The notes: a model not told the origin generated them from the sequence alone. A stretch of DNA of 64,000 nt from Verrucomicrobiota bacterium (GCA_025350905.1 JANXWY010000254.1:365-64364); one strand, 5' to 3'; counted from the stretch's first letter, positions 35,958-46,156 are shown. Program-made: numbers and translations.

Positions 35958-36968
35958 GTGCCGCTGTTCAGCATTCAAAACGAGTTCCGTTACGAAGTCG
36001 TACGGAAAATCTTCGAGGGCGGCATGGGGATCGTCTACGAAGCCGAGCAACGCGGCGCCCGCGAATTTGTGAAACGCGTGGCCATCAAGGTCGTGCGCGC
36101 CAACTACGCCAGCCAGAAAACCTTTATCGATAATTTCATCGGCGAAGCGAAGCTGGTCGCGGACTTGATCCATACTAATATCGTTCAGACCTACCAGCTG
36201 GGCGAAGCCAATGGTGTCTTCTTCATCGCCATGGAACTCATCCGCGGTGTGAACCTCGAACAATTCGGCCAGCAACTGAGCGACCGGCGCCGCCAGTTGC
36301 CGCTCGAGCTCGGGGTGTTCATCTCCAGTCGGATCGCCCGTGGGCTCGCCTATGCCCATGCCAAGGCCGGCGCCGATGGCAAACCACTGGGCATCGTCCA
36401 TCGCGATGTGAGTTTTAAAAACATCATGATCGCGTTCGAGGGCGACGTGAAACTGACGGATTTCGGCATCGCGAAAGCGCGCGGCTACCTGACCGATCAG
36501 GAGGGGGAGGTGGTGGCCGGCAAGGCGGATTACATGAGCCCGGAACAGGCGGATTTTCAGATCACGGACAAACGTTCGGATCTTTTCTCCGTCGGCGTGG
36601 TGCTCGCCCACTTGCTGCTCAGCTATAACATTTTCAAGGGCGCGACCGCCGAGGAATCCCGCCAGCGGATTTTGAAGTCTGCCATCCCGGATTTCCGCAC
36701 CCTCGATAACCGGATTGACGAGCCGCTCAACCACATTTTGCAACGCTGCTTGACGCGGGACCTGAGCAAGCGTTTCGCCAGCGCCGATGAGTTGATGTAT
36801 GAGCTGGAGTATTACATTTACCATGGCGGCTACGGCCCGACGAATGAGACCCTGGGCAAGTTCATTCGCGAGTTGTTCGCGCCGGCGGCGCCCCCCATCG
36901 CCCCCAATCCGGCGCAGGGCAACTCGGAGCTGCTTGAATCCGCCGCCCGCCTGCGGGCCCGGACCTGA
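35958..36968 (+). CDS. Ser/Thr protein kinase (Hanks type)
   Basis: GGMGIVYEA, VAIKVV, HRDVSFKNIM, DFGIAKA and YMSPEQ. GTG start. Confidence 0.8.
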   Translation: MPLFSIQNEFRYEVVRKIFEGGMGIVYEAEQRGAREFVKRVAIKVVRANYASQKTFIDNFIGEAKLVADLIHTNIVQTYQLGEANGVFFIAMELIRGVNLEQFGQQLSDRRRQLPLELGVFISSRIARGLAYAHAKAGADGKPLGIVHRDVSFKNIMIAFEGDVKLTDFGIAKARGYLTDQEGEVVAGKADYMSPEQADFQITDKRSDLFSVGVVLAHLLLSYNIFKGATAEESRQRILKSAIPDFRTLDNRIDEPLNHILQRCLTRDLSKRFASADELMYELEYYIYHGGYGPTNETLGKFIRELFAPAAPPIAPNPAQGNSELLESAARLRART

Positions 36969-36974
36969 CGTCCC

Positions 36975-37877
36975 ATGAAGCGCGTTTCTGCCGGTGCGAT
37001 CGTGAAGCTCGCCTTGCTCCAATCGGCGTGCACCCCTCAGCCCGCGGCCAACCTCCGGCACACGCTCGCGCTCGCCGAACGCGCCGCCCGGCAAGGCGCG
37101 CAAATCATCTGCACGCAGGAGTTGTTTGGCTGCCAATATTTTTGCCAGAGCGAAGACCACCGCAATTTTCAGCTGGCCGAGCCGATTCCCGGCCCGAGCA
37201 CGGCGGCGTTTCAAAAACTCGCCCGCCAACACCGGGTCGTGATCATCGCCTCGCTTTTCGAGCGGCGCGCCGCCGGTGTGTATCACAATACCGCCGCCAT
37301 CATTGATGCCGACGGTGCGTTGCTCGGCACGTATCGCAAGATGCACATCCCGGATGACCCGCTGTTCTACGAAAAGTTTTATTTCACCCCCGGCGACCTC
37401 GGCTTCCGTACCTGGGCCACGCGCTATGGCCGGATCGGCGTGTTGATTTGCTGGGATCAATGGTATCCGGAAGCGGCGCGGCTCACCGCGATGCAGGGCG
37501 CGCAAGTTTTGTTTTACCCCACCGCCATCGGCTGGCATCCGGGCGAGAAAAAGCAGAGCGGGGCCCAACAACACGACGCGTGGGAACTGATCCAACGCAG
37601 TCACGCCGTGGCCAACGGCTGCTATGTGGCCGCGGTGAATCGGATCGGCCACGAAGTCCTCCGCGGCGTCGGCGGCGATGGCCTGGAGTTCTGGGGGCAA
37701 AGTTTCGTGGCCGGCACTTCGGGAGAAATCCTCGCCAAGGCCAGCGTCAACCAGGAGGAAATTCTCATCGTCCCGGTCAACCTGGAACAGGTGGACACCA
37801 CGCGCACCCATTGGCCGTTCCTGCGCGACCGCCGCATTGATGCCTACGCGGGCTTGACCAAGCGGTTGATTGATTGA
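36975..37877 (+). CDS. aguB: carbon-nitrogen hydrolase, N-carbamoylputrescine amidase-like
   Basis: CTQELF..., YRKMHIPDDPLFYEKFYFTPGD and VLICWDQWYPE (catalytic Cys). Confidence 0.8.
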   Translation: MKRVSAGAIVKLALLQSACTPQPAANLRHTLALAERAARQGAQIICTQELFGCQYFCQSEDHRNFQLAEPIPGPSTAAFQKLARQHRVVIIASLFERRAAGVYHNTAAIIDADGALLGTYRKMHIPDDPLFYEKFYFTPGDLGFRTWATRYGRIGVLICWDQWYPEAARLTAMQGAQVLFYPTAIGWHPGEKKQSGAQQHDAWELIQRSHAVANGCYVAAVNRIGHEVLRGVGGDGLEFWGQSFVAGTSGEILAKASVNQEEILIVPVNLEQVDTTRTHWPFLRDRRIDAYAGLTKRLID

Positions 37878-37952
37878 CAGTTTACCTGGCTCGAGTGCGT
37901 CGTACCGGTCGCGGTCAGGGCCGATTGTCCGAACCGAAGCCCGGGCCGCCGA

Positions 37953-38807
37953 TCAAACGTAGAGCGCCGCCTTCAAGTCCCGCACCAGCACACTCAAGTA
38001 GAGATAGCGCTTGTCCGGTTCCCGTTCGATACACTTGAGGATCGCCCGCTCCAGCGCGACCGGCACGTCGGGATTCAGCTGGCGCGGCGTTTGGAATTCG
38101 GCCCGCTCCGTCTGGGCGCGGAGAATTTCCGCGGATGATTCGCCGGGAAAGGGCTTTTGGTTCGTCAGTAACTCGTAGGCGGCCACGCCGAAAGCGAACA
38201 CGTCCACGCGCTGATCAATCGGCTGGCCGGATAATTGTTCCGGCGCCATGTACGCGGGCGTGCCGGGATTCTTGCTGATCTTTTTGGCCTTCTCGGTGAT
38301 CGGTTGCGCGAGATCGAAATCCACGACGCGCACGGCGGCATTGCGCGAGACGAGCACGTTCTCCGGTTTCACATCCAGATGCATGAAGCCGCATTCGTGG
38401 ATGTGTTCCAGGGCCGCCGCCACATCAATCAGGATCTGCGCGACGTTTTCCAGCAGCACCGGATCGTGCCGGGCGTAAAGTTCCTTCAAGTTCGCGCCTT
38501 CGACGTATTCCATGGCGAGATATTGCTGGCCGTCAATCTTGCCATGTTCGAGGTAGCCGATGACCCCCTCGTGGCCCTGACATTTCTCGAGCACTTCACA
38601 ACCCTGGAGGAATCGTTTGCGGGCCGTGCTGTCGCTCTGCAAATCCGGAAGCAGCCGGCGGACCGCGTAGGACTTGCCTTTGCCGTCCGTGGCGAGCCAG
38701 ATGTCGGCCATGCCGCCGTTGGCGATTAGTTCGTGCAACTGATATTTGCCGAACGGTCCGGGGCCCGATGCCTTCGGGACGTTTGATTTTCTGAACAAAC
38801 CTAACAC
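37953..38807 (-). CDS. Ser/Thr protein kinase (non-RD type)
   Basis: GGMADIWLA, YAVRRL, HLDVKPENVLV, DFDLAQP and YMAPEQ. Confidence 0.8.
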   Translation of the reverse strand: MLGLFRKSNVPKASGPGPFGKYQLHELIANGGMADIWLATDGKGKSYAVRRLLPDLQSDSTARKRFLQGCEVLEKCQGHEGVIGYLEHGKIDGQQYLAMEYVEGANLKELYARHDPVLLENVAQILIDVAAALEHIHECGFMHLDVKPENVLVSRNAAVRVVDFDLAQPITEKAKKISKNPGTPAYMAPEQLSGQPIDQRVDVFAFGVAAYELLTNQKPFPGESSAEILRAQTERAEFQTPRQLNPDVPVALERAILKCIEREPDKRYLYLSVLVRDLKAALYV

Positions 38808-38922
38808 GCCGCTTTATTACCATGCGGCGCCGCGCTTCGCCACTTTTTTGGCGCAGCGTATTCCCGCCGCGCTTCACTTCCGGCTTGGCGCGCTCCGCCT
38901 CAATTCCTATGGTCCCACCACG

Positions 38923-39657
38923 ATGACCGTCCCTTTGGCCCGCACGCTTCAGGCGGGACTCGCGTTGCTCTATCCGGAGGTCTGCCAACTCTGCGGCGAA
39001 CAGCGGGCGGCGCCCGCCGAAGGTTTCGTCTGTGTGCATTGCTGGAGCCAGGTGCGGTTCATTAAGCCGCCTTTCTGCGCGCGCTGCGGCGTGCCGGTCG
39101 CCGGCGAAATCAACACGGCCTTCGAGTGTACCAACTGTCGGGATCTGGAGCTGCATTTCTGTTCCGCACGTTCGGCGGTCACCGCGCGCGGCGTGGTCCT
39201 GGAAGCCGTCCATCGTTACAAATATTCCCGGGCGCTCTGGTTTGAGCCCTTCCTCGTCGATCTCTTCCTGCGGGCCGCGCTGCCCGCGTTGCGTGAGGAA
39301 ACCTGGGACTTGGTCGTGCCCGTCCCGTTACACCCGCTCAAGGAACGCGAACGTGAATTCAACCAGGCCGAGCGTTTCGCCGCTCCGCTCGCCCGGGCGC
39401 TCGCCCTCCCGCTGAACCCGCAACTGCTGCGCCGCGTCCAGCCGACCCGTACGCAGACCCTGCTCACCAAGGCCCAGCGCGCCGCCAACGTCCGCCGCGC
39501 CTTTGCCCGGCGGGCGGACCGCCGTTTGCAGGGCGAGCGGGTGATTCTGGTGGACGACGTTTTCACCACCGGCGCCACCACGAGCGCCTGCGCCCGGGTG
39601 TTGCGCGCCGCCGGTGCCGGCGAAGTTTGCGTCTGGACAGTGGCCCGGGGACTTTGA
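38923..39657 (+). CDS. comF: ComF family protein (phosphoribosyltransferase domain)
   Basis: From ATG 38923: an N-terminal Cys-rich zinc-ribbon-like segment (CQLCG...CVHC...CARCG...CTNC) and the PRT motif VILVDDVFTTGATT. Confidence 0.8.
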   Translation: MTVPLARTLQAGLALLYPEVCQLCGEQRAAPAEGFVCVHCWSQVRFIKPPFCARCGVPVAGEINTAFECTNCRDLELHFCSARSAVTARGVVLEAVHRYKYSRALWFEPFLVDLFLRAALPALREETWDLVVPVPLHPLKEREREFNQAERFAAPLARALALPLNPQLLRRVQPTRTQTLLTKAQRAANVRRAFARRADRRLQGERVILVDDVFTTGATTSACARVLRAAGAGEVCVWTVARGL

Positions 39658-39723
39658 ATACTCGGGACGACTTGTTGGTGGTTTGCCGATTTTGAAAAAA
39701 ACCGTGAAGCTAGCGACGACGAA

Positions 39724-40731
39724 ATGAATCTTTCGCCCCGAACCTCCAGTCCAAGCCAGATTTTGACCATGTCCACCACCTCGTTCACCAAGAAGGGCCT
39801 CGGCGCTGACTCGATCGAACCCGCCCTCACCCCGCCGCCCGCCAGCGACAACCCCACGCCCTTCGTCAAACGCAAACTCAAACTCGGGGGGACCAAATCC
39901 AAGAAACGCGAGATTCCGGAAGGTCTCTGGCAGAAATGCCCCAAGTGCGAGACCATGATCTTCGACAAGGAACTGGATGTGAATCTCAAGGTTTGCGCGA
40001 AGTGCGAGTATCATTTTTCCATCGGCGCCCGTGAACGCATCCATTCCCTGGTGGAGACCTGCACGTTTGAGGAAATGAACGCCCAGATGGTGAGCGTCGA
40101 CGTGCTCCAGTTTACCGGCGCTTCCTCCTACCGCGACAAGCTCGCCGCCAACTGGAAGAAGACCAATCTGACGGATGCCGTCATCACCGGCGTGGGCCGC
40201 ATTGGCGAACATCGCGTCGCCCTCGGCGTCATGGACTTTAGCTTCCTCGGCGGTTCGATGGGCGCGGTGGTGGGCGAGAAACTCACGCGCCTCATTGAGG
40301 CCGGCACCGAGAAAGGGCTGCCCGTCATCATCATTTCCACCAGCGGCGGCGCGCGCATGTACGAAGGTATGTTCAGCCTCATGCAAATGGCCAAAACCTG
40401 CGCTGCTCTCGGCTATCTCGCCAAAGCCCGGCTGCCCTATATCAGCATCCTTACCAATCCGGATTACGCCGGCGTGATGGCCAGTTACGCAAGCGTGGGG
40501 GATCTCATCCTCGCCGAGCCCGGCGCCATGATTGGTTTCGCCGGCCCGCGTGTCATCAAGGACACGACGCAGGCCGAACTGCCGCCGGGGTTTCAAACCG
40601 CCGAGTTCCTGCTCGATCACGGCCTCATCGACGCGATCGTTCCGCGCAAAGAAATGAAGGAACGCCTGATGGAGTATCTTGCCTTCATGATGGCGGGACG
40701 GAAAAACCGCGCGGCCACCGCGACGGCATAA
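39724..40731 (+). CDS. accD: acetyl-CoA carboxylase carboxyltransferase beta subunit
   Basis: Zinc ribbon CPKCETMIFDKELDVNLKVCAKCEYH, then FLGGSMGAVVGEK. Confidence 0.85.
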   Translation: MNLSPRTSSPSQILTMSTTSFTKKGLGADSIEPALTPPPASDNPTPFVKRKLKLGGTKSKKREIPEGLWQKCPKCETMIFDKELDVNLKVCAKCEYHFSIGARERIHSLVETCTFEEMNAQMVSVDVLQFTGASSYRDKLAANWKKTNLTDAVITGVGRIGEHRVALGVMDFSFLGGSMGAVVGEKLTRLIEAGTEKGLPVIIISTSGGARMYEGMFSLMQMAKTCAALGYLAKARLPYISILTNPDYAGVMASYASVGDLILAEPGAMIGFAGPRVIKDTTQAELPPGFQTAEFLLDHGLIDAIVPRKEMKERLMEYLAFMMAGRKNRAATATA

Positions 40732-40979
40732 CCGCTGGCCCGGGCGGGCTTCCCCGTTGGACTGGCCCGGGCGCGCGACCCAGCCAGAGCGAGCGCACAA
40801 TTCTCCGTCACTCCGGGGGGGCGAGCCGGCGTACGGGACCAAGGACTCCAATCGGCTCCGGAAAATATTTACCCCGCCGCGCGGCCACCGTAAACGGCAG
40901 CGGCCGCAAAAATCCATTCCATGCGTGCCCAGTGAATTCCTCCTTGGCCGCGCACCATCCGCGGTGAATACTCCGTCGC

Positions 40980-41795
40980 GTGCCATCACTCCTTGAAATT
41001 CTTGCCGCCGAATTGGAACGCCCCCGCGAATTGCCCGCGCAGGTCATCGCTCATCTCAGTGGCACTTACGGTCTCGACCGCGATGCGATCGGAGCCTTCC
41101 TGGTGAAGGAACTGCCCCAGCTGGAAGATTACGAAATTGACCTGGCCCTCTCGCCCGTCTTCACCCCCACGCTGGCCGATCAAGCCGTCTTTGCCGACCG
41201 ATTGGGTGCGGATTCCGTGCCGGCGACCGATTGGCCCGGATTGATTCAACAACTCCTCACCCGCCCGACGCGCGCGCAACTGGTGACGGAGGACGGACAA
41301 CAACAGGCCGTGCCCTTGCGCGCGGTGACGCTCGAGCGCTACGTCCATCGCCTGCGCTTGGACGCCACGATTCCCGGGCCGCTGTTTGAATTGCTGGTCC
41401 ACTTCGCTCCGGCCAACGACCGCCCCTTGCTCCAGGCCGTCGCCCGGCGCGCCGTCTGGGAGAACGAGCCCCGCCGGGGGATCCTGATGCGTTACCTCAC
41501 AGCAGTCGCCGGTGGCGCCACTTATCATCTCGCCGACGTGCGGGAATTACTAAAACTGGCCGAAACGTACCAGCCCGCGGATGTGGCCGGTCTGCTCGCC
41601 CAAATCCCCCATTGGTTGCAGGTGCTGGCTCAGGAAATCAATTCGGGGGGTGGCGGGAAACCCTTCTTCAACGAACGCGTCGAAGAACTGCATGGCGGCG
41701 GCCGCGACCAACGCCGGCAGAATAATTCTCGCGTCGCCGCGAAAGTAAATGAACGGGCGTCGCTCGAACGGTTGCAGCGATTGTTGGCGGAGTAG
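40980..41795 (+). CDS. hypothetical protein (271 aa)
   Basis: GTG-initiated ORF with balanced composition. No family recognised. Confidence 0.5.
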   Translation: MPSLLEILAAELERPRELPAQVIAHLSGTYGLDRDAIGAFLVKELPQLEDYEIDLALSPVFTPTLADQAVFADRLGADSVPATDWPGLIQQLLTRPTRAQLVTEDGQQQAVPLRAVTLERYVHRLRLDATIPGPLFELLVHFAPANDRPLLQAVARRAVWENEPRRGILMRYLTAVAGGATYHLADVRELLKLAETYQPADVAGLLAQIPHWLQVLAQEINSGGGGKPFFNERVEELHGGGRDQRRQNNSRVAAKVNERASLERLQRLLAE

Positions 41796-42002
41796 TTCCT
41801 GACCACCGGCGGCTCCGCCAATGCTCGCTCGCCTTGCGAAGGGTCGCGCCAGGCATCAAGCCGCGGGCCTTGATTTCGGCGAGTGGCACCATCCGGTGCG
41901 ATTTTGATTGCACCCCGACCCGATGGACGCGCAATTTCCGAGTGCGCGCCGCTGGGTAGTTGGCACAATCAACACGGACTAGGCGACCCGCGTAGTAACG
42001 TC

Positions 42003-42671
42003 ATGCCTCGTGAAACCGCCCAAGCCCTAGCCACTCGTACCCGGGACATTACCGCCGGCTTGCGGGCCGCCTATCCCAATGCCCATTGCGAACTGAACTT
42101 CGCCAACCCGCTTCAACTCCTGATCGCCACGATCCTGTCCGCCCAATGCACTGACAAACGCGTCAATCTGGTGACGGCGGAGTTGTTCGCGAAGTATCGG
42201 AGCGCGCAAGATTTTGCAGACGTCGATCTCGCTGAACTCGAACGAGCCGTGAAAACCACCGGCTTTTTCCGCAACAAAGCGAAAAACATCCAGGCCTGTT
42301 GCCGCACACTCGTGGCGAAACATGGCGGCGCGGTCCCGCGTACCATGGATGAACTTACCGCCCTCGACGGGGTGGGCCGCAAGACGGCCAATGTCGTTCT
42401 CGGCAATGCGTTCGGCATCAACGTCGGCATTGTGGTGGACACCCATGTCACCCGGCTGGCCCATCGGCTCGGTCTCACGCGGCTGACGGACGCGGTCAAG
42501 ATCGAGCACGCGTTGCTGCCGCTCGTGCCCCGCGCCGACTGGACCCGGTTCAGCCATTGGCTCATCTGGCACGGTCGACGTCGATGCGGTGCGCGCAAGC
42601 CGGATTGCGACGGGTGCGAGATTGCAAAGCTATGTCCCTCCGCGGGCAAAGCGTTCCAAGCGGGCCGATGA
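42003..42671 (+). CDS. nth: endonuclease III
   Basis: From ATG 42003: LIATILSAQCTDKRVN, the HhH motif LDGVGRKTANVVL, and the Fe-S cluster motif CGARKPDCDGCEIAKLC. Confidence 0.9.
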   Translation: MPRETAQALATRTRDITAGLRAAYPNAHCELNFANPLQLLIATILSAQCTDKRVNLVTAELFAKYRSAQDFADVDLAELERAVKTTGFFRNKAKNIQACCRTLVAKHGGAVPRTMDELTALDGVGRKTANVVLGNAFGINVGIVVDTHVTRLAHRLGLTRLTDAVKIEHALLPLVPRADWTRFSHWLIWHGRRRCGARKPDCDGCEIAKLCPSAGKAFQAGR

Positions 42672-42759
42672 GAAAGTGGTCAAGGAAGCGGCAACCCTTC
42701 GGGGGTCTGCTCCCGTTTTCTCCCTTTCACACGTTCTCCCCCGCCGTGATACTCCGCGC

Positions 42760-43452
42760 GTGAGTTTTTCAAAATTCAACGAGTGGCTGCTCCTGCATTC
42801 CGGTCCCGGCAATGCGGCGTTTAACATGGCATTGGACGAGGCGTTGCTCGAAGCCCTGCCGCGCCTCGGCCAACCGGTGCTGCGCTTCTACGGTTGGACG
42901 GAACCGGCGGCCACCTTTGGTTATTTCCAGAAGTTCGCCGAAGTCGAACGCACCACTTTGCTGCGTCCGCTGGTTCGTCGTCCAACCGGCGGTGGGGTCG
43001 TGCCGCACGATGCCGATTGGACTTACTGCCTGGTGTTTCCTGCCGGGCACGAGTGGCATTCACTTCGCGCGGAGGAAAGCTATCGCCGCGCGCACGCCTG
43101 GATTCAGTCCGCGTTTGCGACCTTGGGAACCGAATCAGAACTTGCGACCAGCTGCAAGAAAACCGCCCCGGGCCAGTGCTTCGTCGGCCACGAGAAATTT
43201 GATCTTCTGTGGCACGGGCTGAAAATAGCGGGGGCGGCCCAACGACGTAATCGGCTGGGCCTGTTGATTCAGGGTTCGGTGCGACCGCCGCCCCTCCCGT
43301 TGGCGCGCGCCGATTGGGAGCGGGCGATGATCGCTACGATGGGATCGACGTCCACGTGGACGGAGTTTAATGCCGACGGCCCGCTGCTCGACCGGGCGGC
43401 GGAGCTGGTAGCGCAGAAGTATTCGCAACGAACTTACAACCAGAAACGGTGA
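42760..43452 (+). CDS. lipoate-protein ligase / octanoyltransferase family protein (BPL/LPL catalytic domain)
   Basis: NMALDEALLE, RRPTGGGVVPHD and LKIAGAAQRR (conserved Lys). I chose the GTG start at 42760 because the ORF-track start at 42589 would overlap nth. Confidence 0.7.
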   Translation: MSFSKFNEWLLLHSGPGNAAFNMALDEALLEALPRLGQPVLRFYGWTEPAATFGYFQKFAEVERTTLLRPLVRRPTGGGVVPHDADWTYCLVFPAGHEWHSLRAEESYRRAHAWIQSAFATLGTESELATSCKKTAPGQCFVGHEKFDLLWHGLKIAGAAQRRNRLGLLIQGSVRPPPLPLARADWERAMIATMGSTSTWTEFNADGPLLDRAAELVAQKYSQRTYNQKR

Positions 43453-43627
43453 GCGAACTACACGCCGGGTGGCTTTTGCTCGGGTTCGGAATCCTGATCT
43501 TGCTCTCCGCCTTCGTTTCCAACCGGCGCCATTCCTAACGCGAATAAGAGTAAGAAAAAGATTAAGACCGGAAAGCCGGCCTGCCGCTGCGTTGACACGC
43601 CGCCCCGCCTCGGCTAACTCTGGCGGT

Positions 43628-44824
43628 ATGAAAACCGTATTTCAGGTTGCAATGATTGGCTTGCTGGCGATGACGCTCCCGACCCGCGCCGCGGATTGGC
43701 CCTGTTTTCGCGGGCCTGACCATGACGGTATCTCGAAAGAAACCGGCTGGTCGGTCACCTGGCCGGCGGAAGGGCCGAAGAAACTTTGGAAGGCAAAAGT
43801 CGGCATCGGCTTCGCCTCCTTGGCCGTTCGCGCCGGGCGCGTTTACACCACCGGCAATCTGAAAGACAACGACGTCGTTTTCTGTTTCGACGCGAACACC
43901 GGCGTGGAGGTGTGGCAATATTCCTACCCGGCCAAACTCGACCCCAAATATTACGAAGGCGGCCCCAGCGCCACCCCCACCGTGGACGGCGACCGCGTTT
44001 TCACCTTCAGCAAGCGGGGCGTAATTCACTGCCTCGACGCCGCCAAAGGGACCGTGATCTGGTCGAAGAATTTGATGGACGAGCTGAAGGCGAAAATGCC
44101 GACCTGGGGATTTGCCGGCTCCGTCCTGATCGAAGGCGATTTAGCCATCGTTAACCTCGGCACCGCCGGGGCGGCGCTCAACAAGAACACGGGCAAAGTC
44201 GTGTGGTCGTCCGGTGACGAAGAAGCGGGGTACGCGACCGCCGTGCCCTGCGCGGTGGGCGGTCAACGCGCCGTGGCGCTCGTCATCCGTCAGGACGTCG
44301 TCGCGCTGGGGGTGAAAGACGGCAAGGAGCTTTGGCGATTCCCCTGGAAAACCGAGTACGATGTCAACGCCGCCGATCCGATTCTCGCGGGCAGCAAGGT
44401 ATTTATTTCGTCCGGCTACAACCACGGCGGCGGCGTGTTTGAGGTGAGCACGCAACCGGCAACTAAACTTTGGGAAAACAAGAACATGCGCAACCATTTC
44501 AATAGTTGTGTCCTCTGGCAGGGCCACCTGTATGGCGTGGACGACAACCAGCTTCGTTGCCTCGACTTCAACACGGGCGAAGTGAAGTGGACGGAGAAAT
44601 CCGTGGGCAAAGGTTCGTTAATCCTGGCGGACGGCAAGTTGATCGTCCTGAGCGAAAAGGGTGAACTCATGGTGGCCGACGCCAGCCCCACCGCGTTCAA
44701 GCCCATGGCCCGGGCGCAAGTGCTCGGCGGCAAATGCTGGACCACGCCCGTGCTGGCGAACGGGAAAATCTATTGTCGCAACGCCGCCGGCGACGTGGTG
44801 GGTGTGGATGTGAGCGGGAAATAA
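43628..44824 (+). CDS. PQQ-like beta-propeller repeat protein, secreted (paralog of 27392-28654)
   Basis: From ATG 43628: signal peptide then ADWPCFRGPDHDG. The C-terminus CWTTPVLANGKIYCRN parallels the paralog. Confidence 0.8.
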   Translation: MKTVFQVAMIGLLAMTLPTRAADWPCFRGPDHDGISKETGWSVTWPAEGPKKLWKAKVGIGFASLAVRAGRVYTTGNLKDNDVVFCFDANTGVEVWQYSYPAKLDPKYYEGGPSATPTVDGDRVFTFSKRGVIHCLDAAKGTVIWSKNLMDELKAKMPTWGFAGSVLIEGDLAIVNLGTAGAALNKNTGKVVWSSGDEEAGYATAVPCAVGGQRAVALVIRQDVVALGVKDGKELWRFPWKTEYDVNAADPILAGSKVFISSGYNHGGGVFEVSTQPATKLWENKNMRNHFNSCVLWQGHLYGVDDNQLRCLDFNTGEVKWTEKSVGKGSLILADGKLIVLSEKGELMVADASPTAFKPMARAQVLGGKCWTTPVLANGKIYCRNAAGDVVGVDVSGK

Positions 44825-44835
44825 GCTCCCGGCCG

Positions 44836-45384
44836 CTAGTCGATGTCATCCCGCTTGAATAGAACCAAATGCGAAATTGGGTCGTACCCGAGCGACTCTC
44901 GCACCCAGTCGTAAGAATTCTTATTAGTGAACACAACCTGGTAAAACTGCGGGTTTGTTCCGAGATCTTCCGGCCTCCACCAATTGGGGGCAAGCTGTGA
45001 GTTGGCTCCCGTGGTCAGCAAGTTCATTTGATTTGTACCAGCCGGCGACAACCCTCTATCAAGAATCCGTTGAAAAGTCTTGTCATCGGTTTTAAATCGC
45101 AAGTAGCAGCCGCCGGATTGTCCAACCAAAAACCTTTTAGTTTTCAGTCCCCTGACATCCCGAGGCGGAGGGAAACCGAAAGCCGACTTGAATACATCCG
45201 CCGGGCGGCTGGAGATTAGTAAAAGCAGGACCAGGAGAAATGCAAATGCTGGGATAGAGAGCCATTTGGCCTTTCCCCTCTTCACGCCGCACAGGCGAAA
45301 ACCGAACCGCCAAAGAAAGTGAAAGACCGCGAAAGCTAGCGCTGTCGCCGGGAGATACCAAATCATGTTAACAATGTCCGGCAT
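44836..45384 (-). CDS. hypothetical membrane protein (182 aa)
   Basis: Two N-terminal hydrophobic segments. Visibly AT-richer than its neighbours. Packed 11 nt from both flanking genes. Confidence 0.45.
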   Translation of the reverse strand: MPDIVNMIWYLPATALAFAVFHFLWRFGFRLCGVKRGKAKWLSIPAFAFLLVLLLLISSRPADVFKSAFGFPPPRDVRGLKTKRFLVGQSGGCYLRFKTDDKTFQRILDRGLSPAGTNQMNLLTTGANSQLAPNWWRPEDLGTNPQFYQVVFTNKNSYDWVRESLGYDPISHLVLFKRDDID

Positions 45385-45395
45385 GATTCTCAGTC

Positions 45396-46007
45396 TTATC
45401 GGCGCGCATCAGCAACGTTCAGAGGTGGCAAAGGTTCAGACTCCAAAAACCTCATCATGTTATCGCCGTGCTTCATGACTTTGGCCTCGCGCCACCACTG
45501 GGGGATTTCCAGCGTGTCGCGGCGGGCATGTCCCAGCACGAGGCGTCCGCCCGGCGCCAGCAACTTGGCCAGATCGGGTTCGTCCACGAGCTGTTGCGCG
45601 AGCGAAGTCGAGCGGCGGCCGACATTTTTGTCGCCGTAAGGTGGGTCGGCCAGAATCAGATCAAACTTGCGCCCGGCAGCGACGAGTTGGGGCAGCGCGG
45701 CAAACACATCCTGCGCGCGGACTTCGAACGCGTGGGGCGGAAACTCGGGCAACGCGGCGTTGCGCCGGATAAACGCCGCGTGTTTGGGCGATAATTCCAC
45801 ACACAACGCCGCGGCGGCGCCGCGACTCAGACATTCGAGACTTAAAGCGCCACTGCCAGCGAACAGCTCCAACACGGTCGCGCCGACGACCCGGGCGCCC
45901 AGCGAGTTGAACACGGCCTGTTTGACCAGATCGGGCGTGGGTCGCACCGCCAGTCCTTTCGGGACTTTCAAAATCCGTCCGCCCGCTTGTCCACCCGTGA
46001 TGCGCAT
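45396..46007 (-). CDS. rsmD: 16S rRNA (guanine966-N2)-methyltransferase
   Basis: RPTPDLVKQAVFN, LELFAGSGALSLE and ILADPPYG. Confidence 0.85.
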   Translation of the reverse strand: MRITGGQAGGRILKVPKGLAVRPTPDLVKQAVFNSLGARVVGATVLELFAGSGALSLECLSRGAAAALCVELSPKHAAFIRRNAALPEFPPHAFEVRAQDVFAALPQLVAAGRKFDLILADPPYGDKNVGRRSTSLAQQLVDEPDLAKLLAPGGRLVLGHARRDTLEIPQWWREAKVMKHGDNMMRFLESEPLPPLNVADARR

Positions 46008-46032
46008 GAAGAGTAATGATTGTAACCCCCCG

Positions 46033-46048
46033 CCCTCACCCCGGCCCT
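46033..46048. repeat. solo family-1 repeat arm
   Basis: ccctcaccccggccct is identical to the outer arm of the 18289 and 51868 elements. No partner arm lies nearby. Confidence 0.4.
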
Positions 46049-46156
46049 ACTCGCAAACTGTCCGCCCACAGCGCAGGTCGGCATTGTGCGCTAGGCTCGA
46101 CGGTCGGTCGGCTGGGCGTGGGACGGGAAACTTTGAAGCTCATGGTGACGAATGAG

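Noticed and set aside
35847-37811. 654-aa minus-strand ORF
   Set aside because: It is an antisense shadow of the kinase and aguB genes, which have clear catalytic motifs. The composition is Arg/Gly/Ala-rich and no motifs are present.
39328-40989. 553-aa minus-strand ORF
   Set aside because: It is an antisense shadow of comF and accD, both supported by strong motifs.
41884-41900. TGGCAC...GGTGC sequence upstream of nth, considered as a sigma-54 promoter
   Set aside because: The GG-to-GC spacing is two nt longer than the canonical -24/-12 arrangement, and the -12 element is GGTGC rather than TTGC. Similar TGGCACG hits at about 21968 and 53373 lie inside CDS with wrong spacing.
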